A stretch of 64,000 bases of DNA from the human T2T-CHM13v2.0 reference genome, Homo sapiens, in the NCBI RefSeq assembly GCF_009914755.1, contig NC_060939.1. One strand, given 5' to 3'. The notes beneath the pieces are model-generated. The model was not told the DNA's origin. It searched no databases and worked only from the letters and a program-made list of their open reading frames with translations. Positions within the stretch are counted from its first letter, which is position 1; every line of letters starts with the position of its first letter. Shown here in pieces: positions 24,833-43,664 of the stretch. The translations under genes and the position numbers were made by a program.

Positions 24833-24944
24833 TATTTGAGGGCATCAAAGGAAAAGGAGGATGGTGATAGCTTTATTTTTAATCTTAGTAAAGAGTCCCT
24901 CTGATTCCCAAGGCCCTTGTAATTCCTGGCTCTTGGTCTTCCAG

Positions 24945-25067
24945 GTGCTACGCATGATGGTCGGAGTAAATATCTCAGATGAGCAGCTGGGCAGCATCGC
25001 AGACAGGACCATTCAGGAGGCTGATCAGGATGGGGACAGTGCCATATCTTTCACAGAATTTGTTAAG
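24945..25067 (+). CDS. CHP1: CHP1 coding exon with EF-hand loop [12 protein letters not shown]: [41 protein letters not shown]
   Basis: ttccag| acceptor, aag|gttggt donor, 123 nt, canonical Ca2+-binding EF-hand loop. Confidence 0.97.
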
Positions 25068-25107
25068 GTTGGTCACTTACTTCTTGTTTGAAAAAGTTAC
25101 GTTTTAG

Positions 25108-25412
<305 letters not shown>

Positions 25413-25513
25413 TTACTGCACAGGAGGAAGGGGGGAAAACATTACTCAGATAAGAGCTTGGGAGTGTTGTAATCTTCATAACCTTTGTAACTGTTACTGG
25501 TTTTCTCCCCCAG

Positions 25514-25567
25514 GTTTTGGAGAAGGTGGATGTAGAACAGAAAATGAGCATCCGATTTCTTCACTAA
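25514..25567 (+). CDS. CHP1: CHP1 last coding exon: VLEKVDVEQKMSIRFLH-stop
   Basis: ctcccccag| acceptor, TAA at 25565-25567, matches the CHP1 C-terminus. Confidence 0.97.
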   Translation, partial: VLEKVDVEQKMSIRFLH

Positions 25568-26535
25568 AGGAGACCAAACTGTTCCTTGCGGTCTAGTATT
25601 TAAGAACTGGAACTTGAAAGTCCTCCTTCTACCAACTCCACCTCCACCCCCTCATTCCCCTTCTCCCAAAGTACTACTGCTGTTGCATGACAACCCCAAA
25701 TATGTTCTGTCAACACAAACCTGCCTTTGGTGTATAAACAGGGCATTACAGAATGGTACACCCTATATATTTCTGTTCAGTATCCATTCACTAGTTCTTC
25801 ATTTATAAATATCATCTTCCCCATTCTGCTGCTGAATGCCACACATCCATCCAGTCTGAGAAAGTGAGAGAGGCAATCATGCCAAGAACAAGCCAGCAAA
25901 GCTCTTTCACCAGATGTAGACTGTAGCCCTGCTGCCTTCCCTCCAGCGAGTCTGCCAGCATGCTTCTTCATCCTTTTTATATGTTCTTTGCTTCCTACTT
26001 CCCTGTCTTCCAACATACTGTTCACTTACTCTGGCAGTCTTTCTGCTTTTCATTAAGCCTCAAAATCTCCTCTGTTCTACTTGGCACCACAAGCTATGTC
26101 CTATATATGTATTTCTGACTTGGCAGGATAGTTCAGGGGTCTGGCAGTTTTTATTTACCTTCATTATTAAATGGGCCTCTGGGATGTTGCCTCTTCAGGA
26201 GCTTTTTGGTAATCAATACTTCTCTCAGAAGTATGAGACCATCCTCTGCACTCTGCTCTGTCATCAAAGGCTGCTGGGTGGAGATACCCTTTTTGAAAGG
26301 TGGCCTTGGTGAGAGGTATGGAGCCAAGTCTTCTAGGTTGCTTGCCCACATCACTCTATCTCTGGCCTCTGATTCTCAACTTTGTACCTGTGTGGCTCCT
26401 CTTGTTAGTGCAATGTTGACTGTTGAAAAAGCAGCAGTATGCTTACAGGTTTGCTTAGTTTGGGGACACCGTTACCACCAGAATGGCTGCTCTGACAATA
26501 TGCCTAGGGACTTTCTCATGGCTTTTATTTAATAA

Positions 26536-27350
<815 letters not shown>

Positions 27351-28040
27351 TGAATTTTACACTTGGCAAATGTTAATGACGGAAGCCATAGTCTGCTCCT
27401 AATACATGTCCAAAGCATTGACTGTTGTGTCATTAGCTGCCTGGTTACATTAGCTCCCTGGCTTCTTGTTTAGACCACTGCTAATCCCTTAAAAACAAGA
27501 GGTCTGGCACTAGTAGCACAACCTAAGGTGGCATTACAGATCTTTGAGCGAGCCACAGCAACTTTTCTGCCAAGTCAGCTTAGTTTAGACTTCAGTGAAT
27601 CAGGCTATTGCTATCCTAATGTATGTCTCTATGAGTGTATTTAGCCACACATCTGCCCTTGGTTGACTTTCTGACTCATTGCTTGCTTGCTTGTTTCCTT
27701 GCTTTGGAAAACTATTGAAGATTGCTAAAAAATACCACTGCAAAGTGATGGAAAAGGGTGGAGAACAGGGGAGTAGCCAGGCTGGATGGCTCAAATATAA
27801 ATGAATGAGGAATTCTTTATGAAGTATCAGTCAGATTTTATGATTAAGTGATGTAATATAGGAATTATGTAAAAGGGAAGAATGTCTGATACTGATCTAT
27901 TAGAGAGGTACTTTAGAGGCTTCTTGATTGGCATAAAGTTCCTAAGGTTATAGATTTTCCCCCCTTTTGGCTGTATAGCAAAGTGTTTTAATCCACGGTT
28001 GTGCCTTATTGTTCCATTAAAATTGTATCTTCGATCCATC

Positions 28041-28046
28041 AATAAA
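28041..28046 (+). terminator. CHP1 polyadenylation signal AATAAA (with ATTAAA at 28016-28021)
   Basis: Canonical hexamer with TGTA upstream and U-rich sequence downstream. Confidence 0.8.
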
Positions 28047-28336
28047 TACTTGTGGTTGAAACAAAATAACTTTTGTCCATTTTACAAGAATTTTATGTAA
28101 CTTAGTCCCTTCAAGTTTGAAATCACAGTGTCTCCCTTACTCAAGTTTATGTCTGTACGGTCAGCTGCAGTCTACTCTGCTGCTGCCTGGATATATGAAG
28201 TGGAAACATTCATCGAGGGGCCAGCACTTTTGGCTTCGACATGGTTTTGTCAGCCGTGGCCACTTCCCATTCATTCCAGCTAAGACGCAATTTCTATTCT
28301 TGACTCCCTGACTCCTTAAATGTAGAAAAAGCCTAA

Positions 28337-28552
<216 letters not shown>

Positions 28553-28856
28553 TAGCTGGGATTACAGGCACGTGCCACCACACCTGGCTAATTTTTGTAT
28601 TTTTGGTAGAGATTGGGGTTTCACCATGTTGGCCAGGCTGGTCTTGAACTCCTGACCTCAGCTGATCCACCCGCCTCAGCCTCCCAAAGTGCTGGGATTA
28701 CAGCCACCGTGCCAGGCCAGGAATCTGCATTTCTAAGAATCCACCCAGATGACAGCCCTCTTGGTGTTTGGCAAGCACAGTGGACCTACACTGCCTACGC
28801 TGGGCCTCGCTTGTCATAACCCCGAAGAGGAGCCACCCCACGTATACCCTCCCTGC

Positions 28857-29284
28857 TGTCACGTGTCCGTGTGAAGAGACCACCAAACAGGCTTTGTGTG
28901 AACAACAAGCCTGTTTATTTCACCTGGGTGCAGGTGGGATGAGTCGGAAAAGAGAGTTCAGCAAAGGGTGGTGGATTATCATTAGTTCTTACAGGTTTTG
29001 GGATAGGCGGTGGAGTTAGGAGCAATGTTTTGTGGGCAGGGGGTGGATCTCACAAAGTACATTCTCAAGGGTGGGGAGAATTACAAAGAACCTTCTTAAG
29101 GGTGGGGAGATTACAAAGTACATTGATCAGTTAGGGTGGGGCAGAAACAAATCACAATGGTGAATGTCATCAGTTAAGGCTATTTTCACTTCTTTGTGGA
29201 TCTTCAGTTGCTTCAGGCCATCTGGATGTATACGTGCAGGTCACAGGGGATATGATGGCTTAGCTTGGGCTCAGAGGCCTGACA
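28857..29284 (-). mobile_element. HERV-H solo LTR (LTR7 family, type II/LTR7B-like)
   Basis: The minus strand begins TGTCAGGCCTCTGAGCCCAAGCTAAGCC and ends ...GGTCTCTTCACACGGACACGTGACA, with TG...CA termini. Perfect 5-bp TSD CCTGC at 28852-28856 and 29285-29289. Internal repeats tactttgtaatctccccacccttaagaa. Subfamily is tentative. Confidence 0.92.
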
Positions 29285-29360
29285 CCTGCCCCTCTGGGAA
29301 ATGATGCAGAAGAAAGGATGCCCTACAGTTGGGTGTAGCAAACAACAAAACTGCCAGTTA

Positions 29361-29892
<532 letters not shown>

Positions 29893-29919
29893 TTAAAATA
29901 GTCACGCGGCCTAGCCACA

Positions 29920-30530
29920 CTATCTTACCACGTGGTACAGCTTCTACGGCGGAAATTTTACATTCTTAATAATTGAATTACAAAAGCATTTCTCCCTGTT
30001 ACCTCAATTCTGGGACCCAATCCGGATCGAAAGAGTGGGGCGAGTGCTATTGATTGACGTGCATTCCAACCAACCTACGACGCAAGGAGAGCGCGCGCGA
30101 GCAAGACGATGCCCAATAAACACTCAGCCCCAGCGGCGGGGGCGGGGCTTGTGGGAACGGCCCACCGCAGGGTTGGCCACCTTGAGAAGCTGCGAAGATG
30201 GCGGAGTAAGGCGTGCCGCTGCAAACTGGCCTCTGGGCCGGGGGCGAGCAGCCCCCGGGAGGCCGAGTGCATCTGTTGGACCGTGCGAGGTGAGCCGAGA
30301 AGGCCAGTGACGGTGGGACGAGCAGGCGCCGAGGAGGTGGCGTGGCCCAGACGGGCCGGGTACGGAAGCGCGCAGGAACCTGCGAGTTGCGGGCAGCCGG
30401 CCTCGGCCTCGGCTGGGCGGGGGTTCCAACCTCGGCGGCTCCAGGGCAGCCGTCACCCGCCTTCTGGGTGTGTTGCACGGCCCACCCCTCAGCCCGTCTC
30501 GGTCCTTCCCAGTGCCGTGCCTTTAGCCAC
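29920..30530 (+). promoter_or_regulatory. CpG-island promoter of OIP5-AS1
   Basis: GC/CpG-rich. Palindromic E-box TACCACGTGGTA at 29926-29937, TGACGT at 30055-30060, CCAAT at 30113-30117, GC box GGGGCGGGGC at 30139-30148, YY1-type AAGATGGCGG at 30195-30204. Confidence 0.85.
30170..30289 (+). ncRNA. OIP5-AS1: OIP5-AS1 exon 1
   Basis: Strong donor gcgag|gtgagc at 30289/30290 inside the CpG island. The 5' end is approximate. Confidence 0.8.
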
Positions 30531-31403
30531 CTTTGTGCTTTCTGCTTGCACCCACACGGGGCTGTATCTGGCAGCCGCTGCTTCTGCCATCGATTTATTT
30601 TTCGAAGAATATCTTTGTTTTATTGATTTACTTATACCCCTCGCCTTAGGACTTCGTTCCCCCTCTTTGCCCGTCAGCGGTATCAGTTGAGGCCTGTTGT
30701 GGCTCTGAGTATTTTGTGTCCCCAGCCCGTTGACCTTGAGACTTGTAACAGGTTTCCCTTGGGAATTGCATTCGGGTGTGTTTATCGCGGACACCCTGGT
30801 GCAACTTTTACTAAAGCCGTCCGCTCCCACTCCCACCTCCCAAACTTTTATGATCTGAGTAAGCGGTTCTGGCACTGATGTCCTGATAACGTTCTAATGG
30901 CGCATTAATTTTGGCTGATGCCAGGGTCTTGATAGAATTCACCGTTTTTGGTTTCCGACCCAGAAGTACAGGAGTTCAGTGTACAATATTGTTTTTATAG
31001 AGACAGAATGATAGGGAAATGTTATTAGAACGTAGTTTGTGTAAAGTGGTGGGGTTGCACAGTGTCAACACTGAGGCATTTGGTATTCTGTTCTCCTTTA
31101 ACCGAACGGGTTGTCTCTTTTGGTAATTTGGATTGTTGTAACCTTACCCTCATCCGGTCTCTCAGGTAAGATTCTAGGAAAGTTCCTGTTACTAGGTTTC
31201 TGAATTGGTGTGGCCTGTTTAAAACTGGCACATTAGTTAAGTTCCAACGGACACACCATTAGACAAATGAATGTTTTTGGGTATGCTCTTTGTTGGCCCT
31301 GGATTTGCTAGAGCTGAAAAATAATACAGAAGGACTTTTATATGAGACCTTTTTTGTCGCTCTGTCAGTTTATTTTTTGTTTTTTTGTCTTTGTCTCATC
31401 CAG

Positions 31404-31542
31404 GAGAAGAAAAAAAATATCGGCCAGAGGAGAGGAACTAACCGAACATTCTTCCTCCCTACCTTATAGAGGGGAGTGGTCATCTACACTAAAGCAAAGT
31501 GTTAGGCGCGTCCGTGCGAAGAGACCACCAAACAGGCTTTGT
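31404..31542 (+). ncRNA. OIP5-AS1: OIP5-AS1 exon 2 (3' 43 nt derived from the antisense LTR7)
   Basis: Long U tract and tccag| acceptor at 31403. Donor tgt|gtgagt at 31543, inside the LTR. Confidence 0.7.
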
Positions 31543-31865
31543 GTGAGTAATAAAGCTATTTATTTCACCTGGGTGCAGGCGGGCTGAGTCCAAAAAGGAG
31601 TCAGCAAAGGGAGTTAGGGGTGGGCAGTTTTATAGGATTTGGGTAGGTAGTGGAAAATTACAGTCAAAGGGGGTTGTGTTCTTGCGGGCAGGGGTGGGGG
31701 TCACAAGGTGCTCAGTGGGGGTGCTTCTGAGCCAGGAGATGGAATTTCACAAGGTAATGTCATCAGTCAAGGCAGGAACTGGCCATTTTCACTTCTTTTG
31801 TGATTCTTCTGTTGCTTCAGACCATCTGGATATATACGTGCAGGCTTGGGCTCAGAGGCCTGACA
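31500..31865 (-). mobile_element. HERV-H solo LTR (LTR7 family, type I-like)
   Basis: Minus strand TGTCAGGCCTCTGAGCCCAAGCC...CCTATAAAA...AATAAA...GGACGCGCCTAACA. Perfect 5-bp TSD CAAAG at 31495-31499 and 31866-31870. Intact TATA (plus-strand ttttata at 31628-31634). Confidence 0.92.
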
Positions 31866-32189
31866 CAAAGGTCTTAAGTAGGGGTCCATAAACTACTGGA
31901 AATTTTATGCACAATTATACATTTTTGTGGGAAGAAGAAGGTCCATAGTATCAGATTCTCAAAGAGGACACTGTTTCATAAAAGCTTGAGAACCACTGCT
32001 CCAAGACTTGACATCTTTTTAAAATTAATGCCAGTGCAGGTAGAGAGTAACTGCTTTCTTACTGTTCCTTTTGAATAGTTTATGATATTGATTTTTTTTT
32101 AACAATAGCTTGTCTGTTTGAGTAATATTGTATACTAAAATTACTAGCACCAGTGAGGGCCATATCCTTAATGTTCTTTTTCTTTTTAG

Positions 32190-32279
32190 GTTCCTTATCA
32201 CAGGAAGAAAATTTTCCTTGACCTTTAGGTGCTTTTATATTCATCTCAAAAACAAAATTCTGAACTCAGGACTTGGCAA
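32190..32279 (+). ncRNA. OIP5-AS1: OIP5-AS1 exon 3
   Basis: Polypyrimidine tract and tttag| acceptor at 32189 (possible alternative cacag| at 32203). Consensus donor caa|gtaagt at 32280. Confidence 0.8.
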
Positions 32280-32555
32280 GTAAGTAATTGTGGGCTAATC
32301 GTTCCAAATACTGTTTAAGTAGCTTGAAAACAGGTACATAGAAGTGGAACAATAAGCCGTTAGCTTCAGCAGAAGACGAACATGAAAAATGACTGTAAGC
32401 TATTGAAATTTAAGTTAAATCTTTTATTTTTCAACAAAAGAAATGTATTAAATAAAAAGGAGTAATCTTGATCATTTGCTCAAACTACCAATAATTTTCA
32501 CTGTCTAAAGAAAACAGACACATATTTAATTAGATTGAAGGAAATCAAATGATTA

Positions 32556-34070
<1,515 letters not shown>

Positions 34071-34135
34071 TAATAATTCATTCTTCTCTTAAACGAGGCA
34101 AATTTTGGAATATATTTATTTAATTTTTTTTTTGA

Positions 34136-34240
<105 letters not shown>

Positions 34241-34473
34241 TGAGTAGCTGACATTATAGGCACCTGCCACCACGCCCAGCTAATTTTTGTATTTTTAGTA
34301 GAGATGGGGTTTCACCATATTGGGCAGGCTCGTCTTGAACTCCTGACCTCGTGATCCGCCCACCTTAGCCTCCCAAAATGCTGAGATTGGAGGTGTGAGC
34401 CACCGCGCCTGGCCAGTGTGTCCTTTCTTAATTGACAGTGACATTATATCTGCAAAATAGGCTTCATACCTAC

Positions 34474-34898
34474 TGTGTTAGTTTTAGTTTCCTAGGCCTG
34501 CTGTAACAAAGCACCACAAATTGGGTAGCTTAGAATAACAGAAATTGTTTGATAGTTATAAATAAAGGTCAGATGTCTAAAACCAAAGTGTTGGCAGGGC
34601 CGTCCCTCTGAAGGCACTGAAAAAAAAATTTCCAGTCCTTCTAATTTCTTGTGGTTCCTTAACTTGTGGCAGCATAACTCCAGTCTTCACATGAAGTTCT
34701 TCCTGTGTGTGTATCTGAGTCCTAATATAAGGAGACTAGTCATATTGGATTGGGGTCCATCCTGCTCTGTTAATGACCTCATCTTAGCTGCTGACATCTG
34801 TAATGACTCTATTACCAAATAAGGTCACAGTATGAGGTAGTAGGGGCTAGGACTTTTAACATACGAATATTGGGAGGACACAGTTCAACCCATTAACA
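34474..34898 (-). mobile_element. MLT1 (ERVL-MaLR) solo LTR
   Basis: ttagtttcctaggcctgctgtaacaaagcaccacaaattgggtagctta...aataaggtcaca...gacacagttcaacccattaaca. Confidence 0.75.
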
Positions 34899-35640
34899 CC
34901 TACTTATACCTTGATTAATTATATGAAAACCATTCAGTGTACAACTGCTTCAAGGATTGAAACCTTGTATGTAGTCCCAGCTACTCTGGAAACTGAGGTA
35001 GTAGGATTGCTTGAGGCCTGAAGTTCAAGGCTGCAGTATGCTGATTGTGCCTGTGAATAGCCACTGCACCCCAGCTTGGGCAGCATCAGAATTATAGAGA
35101 CAGAAAGTAGAATGATGGTTGCCAGGGGTTGCAGGAAGGGCAGCGAGAGGGAATTACTGTGTAATGTGTACAAGGTTTCAGTTTGGGAAGAAGAAATGAG
35201 TCCTGGAGATGGATTACGGTGATGGTTGCACAGCAGTATGAATGTACTTAATACTACTGAATTGTATACTCGAAAGGGTTAATATGGTGAATTTTATGTG
35301 TATTTTATCACAATAAAAACATTGAAAAATAAAACAATCTTTGTATGTATATGTATATATGTGTGTGTATATATGATATATATGATTGATATATATATAT
35401 CAGTAGTAAGAAAGGGAATAAAAACTGATGAGGCAAAATGCCCTTTAGAGTGAAGAAGGCCTTACCACTTGGATTTACAACTTTAAGTCCAAGTAGACAA
35501 TAATAGAAACTTGACATTGGTATAGCACAATATTTATAGTAATCTAAATATCCATCTGTAGGCTGGGTGTGTTAGCTCACACCTGTAATCCCAGCACTTT
35601 GGGAAGCCAAGGCGGGTGGGTTCTTTGAGGTCAGGAGTTA

Positions 35641-35934
<294 letters not shown>

Positions 35935-37972
35935 TTACTTACAGACTGGTACTTTGTCCTGATATGGAATGATCTCTAAGATACATTAACAGAAAAAGCA
36001 AGGTACAGAACAATATATAGTGTGCTTTCATTTGTGGGAAATGTCTCTAGAGATGTTTTGTAGCCATAGAATATTCCTAAAAGGATATGCAAGAAACACT
36101 GTTTACCCTATTTTACCTTATCTCGTGCATATATTTATTCAAATAAATAATTTAGAATTTTCAAAGAAAGGAAGCACTGAATAAATATTTGATAAATGAC
36201 AACTTAAATTTTTGCTCAAGCAACAGTTTTACATCGATATAGTATATCCCTATCTAGGGGGCAGAAATTGAGCACCTAGCCCAGCAAGTTTTTTTGTTGT
36301 TGTTTGTTTGTTTTGGTTTTTTGCCCTGGCTGGAGTGAAGTGGCACAATCTCAGCTTGCTGCAACTTCCACCCCCCAGGTTCAAGCTATTCTCCTGCCTC
36401 AGCCTCTCTTGTACCTGGGATTATAGGTGTCTGCCACCACACCCAGCTAATTTTTGTATTTTTATTAGAGATGGAGTTTTGCCATGTTGGCCAGGCTGGT
36501 CTCCAACTCCTGACCTCAGGTGATCCACCCCCCTCAGCCTCCCAAAGTGCTAGGATTACAGGCTTGGGCCACCGCGCCTGGTAAGTTTTTTTTTTTTTTT
36601 AATTATTTATTTTTTTGAGACAGAGTCTCACTCTGTTGCCCAGGCTAGAGTACATTGGTGCTTGCTGCAACCTCCGCCTCCGGGGTTCAAGTGATTCTCC
36701 TGCTTCATCCTCCTGAGTAGTTAGGATTACAGGCCTGCCACCACGCCCAGCTAGGAAGGTTTTTTTTTTAATATGACACTTATAAACTTAATTTGATTGA
36801 TAGTGATAATAGTATTCATTGTGTTTTGTGAAATATATTCTAAATTCCCTATTTACATAGTGAAGTAAAAAAGGTGCACTAACTCCCGGGATACATCATT
36901 CTCTCTGTCCTTAGAGGAAGCAAAGTATATTAGTTATTGCTGTATAACAAATAACCCAAAACTCAGTAGATTAAAACAACAACAAATATGTATTACGTCT
37001 CTCAAGAATTTGGTAATAGCTTAGCTCTGGGGAGGTTCTGGCTTAGGGTCTCTTAAAAGCTTGAAATCTGGCTAGGCACGGTGGCTCATGCCTGTAATCC
37101 CAGCACTTTGGGAGGCCAAGGCAGTCGGATCACGAGGTCAGGAGATCGAGACCATCCTGGCTAACACGGTGAAACCCTGTCTCTACTAAAAACACACACA
37201 AATTAGTCGGGTGTGGTGTTGGGCACCTGTAATCCCAGCTACTGGGGAGGCTGAGGCAGGAGAATGGCATGAACCTGGGAGGCGGAGCTTGCAGTGAGCA
37301 GAGATGGCACGCTACTGTACTCCAGCCTGGGCAACAGAGCAAGACTCCGTCTCAAAAAAAAAAAAGCTTGAAGTCTGATGGAGTTCTGTGGTGACACATT
37401 TACATGGCTGGCACATTCATGCTGTTTAGGGGGAAGTTTCATTTCCTCCCAATGTAGGCCTCTTTCAGGGCTGTCTGAGTACTCTTATACGGTGGCTGGC
37501 TTCTCCCTAAACAAGCAATCTAAGAGAATAAGGCAAAAGCCATAGTCTACTCTATGACTTTGCCGCAGAAGTCACTCACTGTCACTTCCTCCTTGTTCTG
37601 TTGGTCAGTATTCTGACATCAAGTGGTACATGGCAATACATTTCTTTTTTTTTTTTTTTTGACACGTAGTCTCGCTTTGTTCCCCAGGCTGGAGTGCAGT
37701 GGCGCAATCTCACTTGCAAGCTCTGCCTCCTGGGTTCACATCATTCTCCTGCCTCACCCTCCCAGGTAGCTGGGACTACAGGCGTCTGCCACCACGCCCA
37801 GCTAATTTTTTGTATTTTTAGTAGAGACAGGGTTTCACGGTGTTAGCTGGGATGGTCTCGACCTCCTGACCTCGTGATCTGCCCGTCTTGGCCTCCCAAA
37901 GTGCTGGGATTACAGGCATGAGCCACTGAGCCTGGCCATGGCAATACATTTCTGACACCACCCAAGAATTAG

Positions 37973-38492
<520 letters not shown>

Positions 38493-39037
38493 TAGAAACA
38501 AGGTCTTGCTCTGTTACCCAGGCTGGAGTTCAGTGGCTTTTCTCAGGTGTGATCATGGCACACTGCAGCCTCGCACTCCTGGCCTCAAGTGATTCTCCCA
38601 CCTTAGCCTCCTGAGCAGCTGGGACTACAGGCATGTGCCACCACTGCTGGCTGAGGTCTATTTTGATGTGAGCATTTACAGCTATAAATTTCCCTCTTAG
38701 CATTGCTTTCACCACATCCCATAAGTTTTTGTTAAGTTTTCATTTGTCTCAAGGTACTTTGTAATTTCCTTTTTGATTTATTTTTTGACTCGTTTAGGAG
38801 TGTATTATTTAATTTCCACTGGCTTATTTACTCCAAATTCTAAGGATTTAGAGTATCCTTTCCAGGAACAAAGGGCAGTCAAAGTCTTTATTATACAACA
38901 GTCACATAGATTAACCCTGATTCATTGTTGGAGGAGACTGTAAAAAGGCCTGAATACCAGGAGGCAGCAATCACTGGTGGCTATTTTGGAGGCTGGATAG
39001 CACAGAAAATCATTGGCTCACAAGCTAGCTTACCTAA

Positions 39038-39386
<349 letters not shown>

Positions 39387-39765
39387 TCAGGTTTTTTAGT
39401 AGAAAGTTACTTTGTATAATCAGCACCAGTAAGCAAGTAAGTAACTTCAGCCACTTGAAAGTACCTAATGTGAGGCCAACTTTAGGGGAAATTTATTTGT
39501 AAGTTTTGTGTATCCGTTGTATAGTTGCAGTTGATAAATCCAGAAAACTAGATTTTCAGCAGCTGGTTGTGGTAGCTCACGCCTGTAACCCCACCACTTT
39601 GGGAGGCCGAGGTGGGTGAATCACGAGGTCAGGAGTTCGAGACCAGCCTGGTCAACATGGTGAAACCCTATCGCTACTAAAAATACAAAAAAAAGGTCAG
39701 GAGTTTGAGACCAGCCTGGTCAACATCCTGAAACCCTATCTCTACTAAAAATACAAAAAAAATTA

Positions 39766-39930
<165 letters not shown>

Positions 39931-39980
39931 CTAGGTTTTCTAGATTGTGTCTAATTATATTTTTAGTTCATGTTGGCTAA

Positions 39981-40262
<282 letters not shown>

Positions 40263-41329
40263 TGATCCACCCACCTTGGCCTCCCAAAGTGCTAGGATTA
40301 CAGGGGTGAGCCACGGCACCCAAACTATTCAACAAATTTTCATCAAGTGCTTACCATGGGTCACATGCTATTCTGGGTGCTTGTAATTCATCAGTGAACA
40401 AAACAGGATCCTTCCAGTGGATCTTACATTTTAGACAAAACAGTAAGTGAGAAATGAAATAAGTACCTCTTGTAAATTCCTAGATAGTGTCACGTGCTGT
40501 GGATAAAGGGAAAAGTAGAGCAGGATAAAGGGCAGTGTTGGGAGAGTATCTGTGTGTAGGATGAGGGGAAGATACAGGTTTATATAGGGGCCCAAGGTAG
40601 GCCTCATTGAAGAAATGATATTTAGAGACCTGCAAGGGGACTAGTTACGCAGATACCTGGGGGAAGAGTCTTCCCAGTGTGGGAACAGCCACTACAAAGG
40701 CTGTAAGGAGCATGCCTAACGTTTCAGAAAGAGCAGAGTCCATTGTGGTTAGAGCCCATGATCAAGCTATGGTCAGAAGAGATCAGGGTGCAGATCTTAG
40801 GAGGAACTGAAGGTCATAAATTTTGGCTTTTACACTAAGCTGCTATTTATTCAGCCATTCTGAGTTTTGTTGTTGTTTGAGACAGGGTCTCACTGTCGCC
40901 CAGGCTGGAGTGTAGTGGCACAGTTTCAGCTCACTACAACTTCACCTCCTGGGCTCAAGCGATTCTCCCACTTCAGCCTCCTGGGTAGTCGGGACTACAG
41001 GCACATGCCACCGCACTTGCTAATTTTTTCAGTTTTTGTAGAGACAGAATGTCAGTATATTGCCAGGCTAGTCTCGAACTCGTGAGCTCAAGCAGTCTTT
41101 CCCCGCCTCAGCCTCCCAAAGTGCTGGGATCATAGGTGTGAGCCACTGTGCCCAGACAGCCATCCTCAAATGGGTTAGTTACATCCTGCCGTTAATGATA
41201 CATACACATATATACCTGTGTGTAAGAGTGTATAAATTGAATAGTCATGTCTGAGATATGAAATTGGGCATTCTGAAGAGAATATAAGCTTATGATTTGC
41301 TAGTGTTATTGCCTAATATTAAGATATAG

Positions 41330-41641
<312 letters not shown>

Positions 41642-42967
41642 TGAGCCACCGCACCCGGCCAAGGTGTGCATTTTTTTTTACATACACTTTTTTTTTTTTT
41701 TTTTTTTGAGACAGAGTCTTGCTCTGTTGCTGGTCTGGAGGGCAATGGCGCTATCTTAGCTTACTGCAACCTCCACCTCCTGGGTTTCAAGTCAGCCTCT
41801 GTAATGAAGCAGCCCTGCTGCTCATAGGGTTCTAAAGGTGTACCTGTGGATCTTTACTTTTTCTTCTTCCATGCTGCTTTTGCAACAAGTGCAAATTCTG
41901 CACTATTTTTCCTCCTGATTTGATTCTGGATTAATATACGTTTGGCTTTCCTAGGCTTTGAATAAGAACCCTATCTTCAACCAGAAGAGGTTATTTAGGT
42001 TCAATTTACAGTTGAGGTATTTTTTAATGTATATGACAGACTGAAAATAGTGGGCTAGAAAGACTAGTTAGCGAATCGCTATTGGCCATTTTTGTAAACT
42101 AAAATTATTTAAGCCTTTGACGGGCATCTGTGATGTATTTATTATTGTAGAGCATACATAACAAAACTCTTAAATATTTTACAGTGTACAGTTTATTGGC
42201 ATTAAGTATATTCCACATTGTTGTATACGCATTACCATTATCTCTAGAATTTTTTCATCATTTCAAACAAACTCAGTACTCATTAATCTCCCCATCTCCG
42301 CTCCCACAGCCCTAGTAACCTCTCTACTCTAAATCTCTATGAATTTGACTGTTGTATCTGATGTAAGTGGAATTATACAATATTTGCCCTTTTGTGTCTA
42401 ACTTCTTTTTGCAAATTTAACAGTTTTTAGATTTAGCAGCAATGAACTTGATGTACTTTTTAAAAAAAATTTTCAGACAGTCTCACTCTTGTTACCCAGG
42501 CTGGTGAGCAGTGGCACAATCTTGGCTCACTGCAACCTCCGCCTCCAGGTTCAAGTGATTCTCCTGCCTCAGCCTCCTGAATAGCTGGGATTACAGGCAC
42601 CCGCCACCATGCCCAGCTAATTTTTTTGTATTTTTAATAGAGATTTTGTATTTTTAACATGTTGGCCATGTTGGTCTTGAACTCCTGACCTCAGGTGATC
42701 CACCCGCCTAGGCCTCCCAAACTGCTGAGATTACAGGCGTGAGCCACTGTGCCTGGCCTTGATTTAGTATTTACATGTTTACATTTGGTGATAATGGAAC
42801 AGTATATATTTTACTTACAGTTATATTTTATAAAATACCGTTTATTGCTGGTAGTTGAAGGTGATTCAGAGTAAGATATATATGGTTTTGAGTATTATAT
42901 ATTTAGATATCAAATTTGGAGTACAGTGCTACTTGTGTTTATTTTTGTTTCTTTTTTCTTTTGATAG

Positions 42968-43183
<216 letters not shown>

Positions 43184-43253
43184 TAGAGTGGGGTCTTGAT
43201 ATGTTGCCCAGGCTGGTCTCCAATTCCTGGGCTCAAGGGATCCCCCTGCCTCA

Positions 43254-43664
<411 letters not shown>

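Noticed and set aside
30035-30875. Overlapping ORFs up to 193 aa across the CpG island
   Set aside because: Stop-codon depletion in GC-rich DNA. They occur on both strands, run through the exon 1 donor into the intron and resemble no protein I recognise.
32165-32189. U12-type branch point-like ATCCTTAAT before exon 3
   Set aside because: The candidate upstream donors are U2-type (GTGAGT/GTGAGC) and a normal polypyrimidine tract is present.
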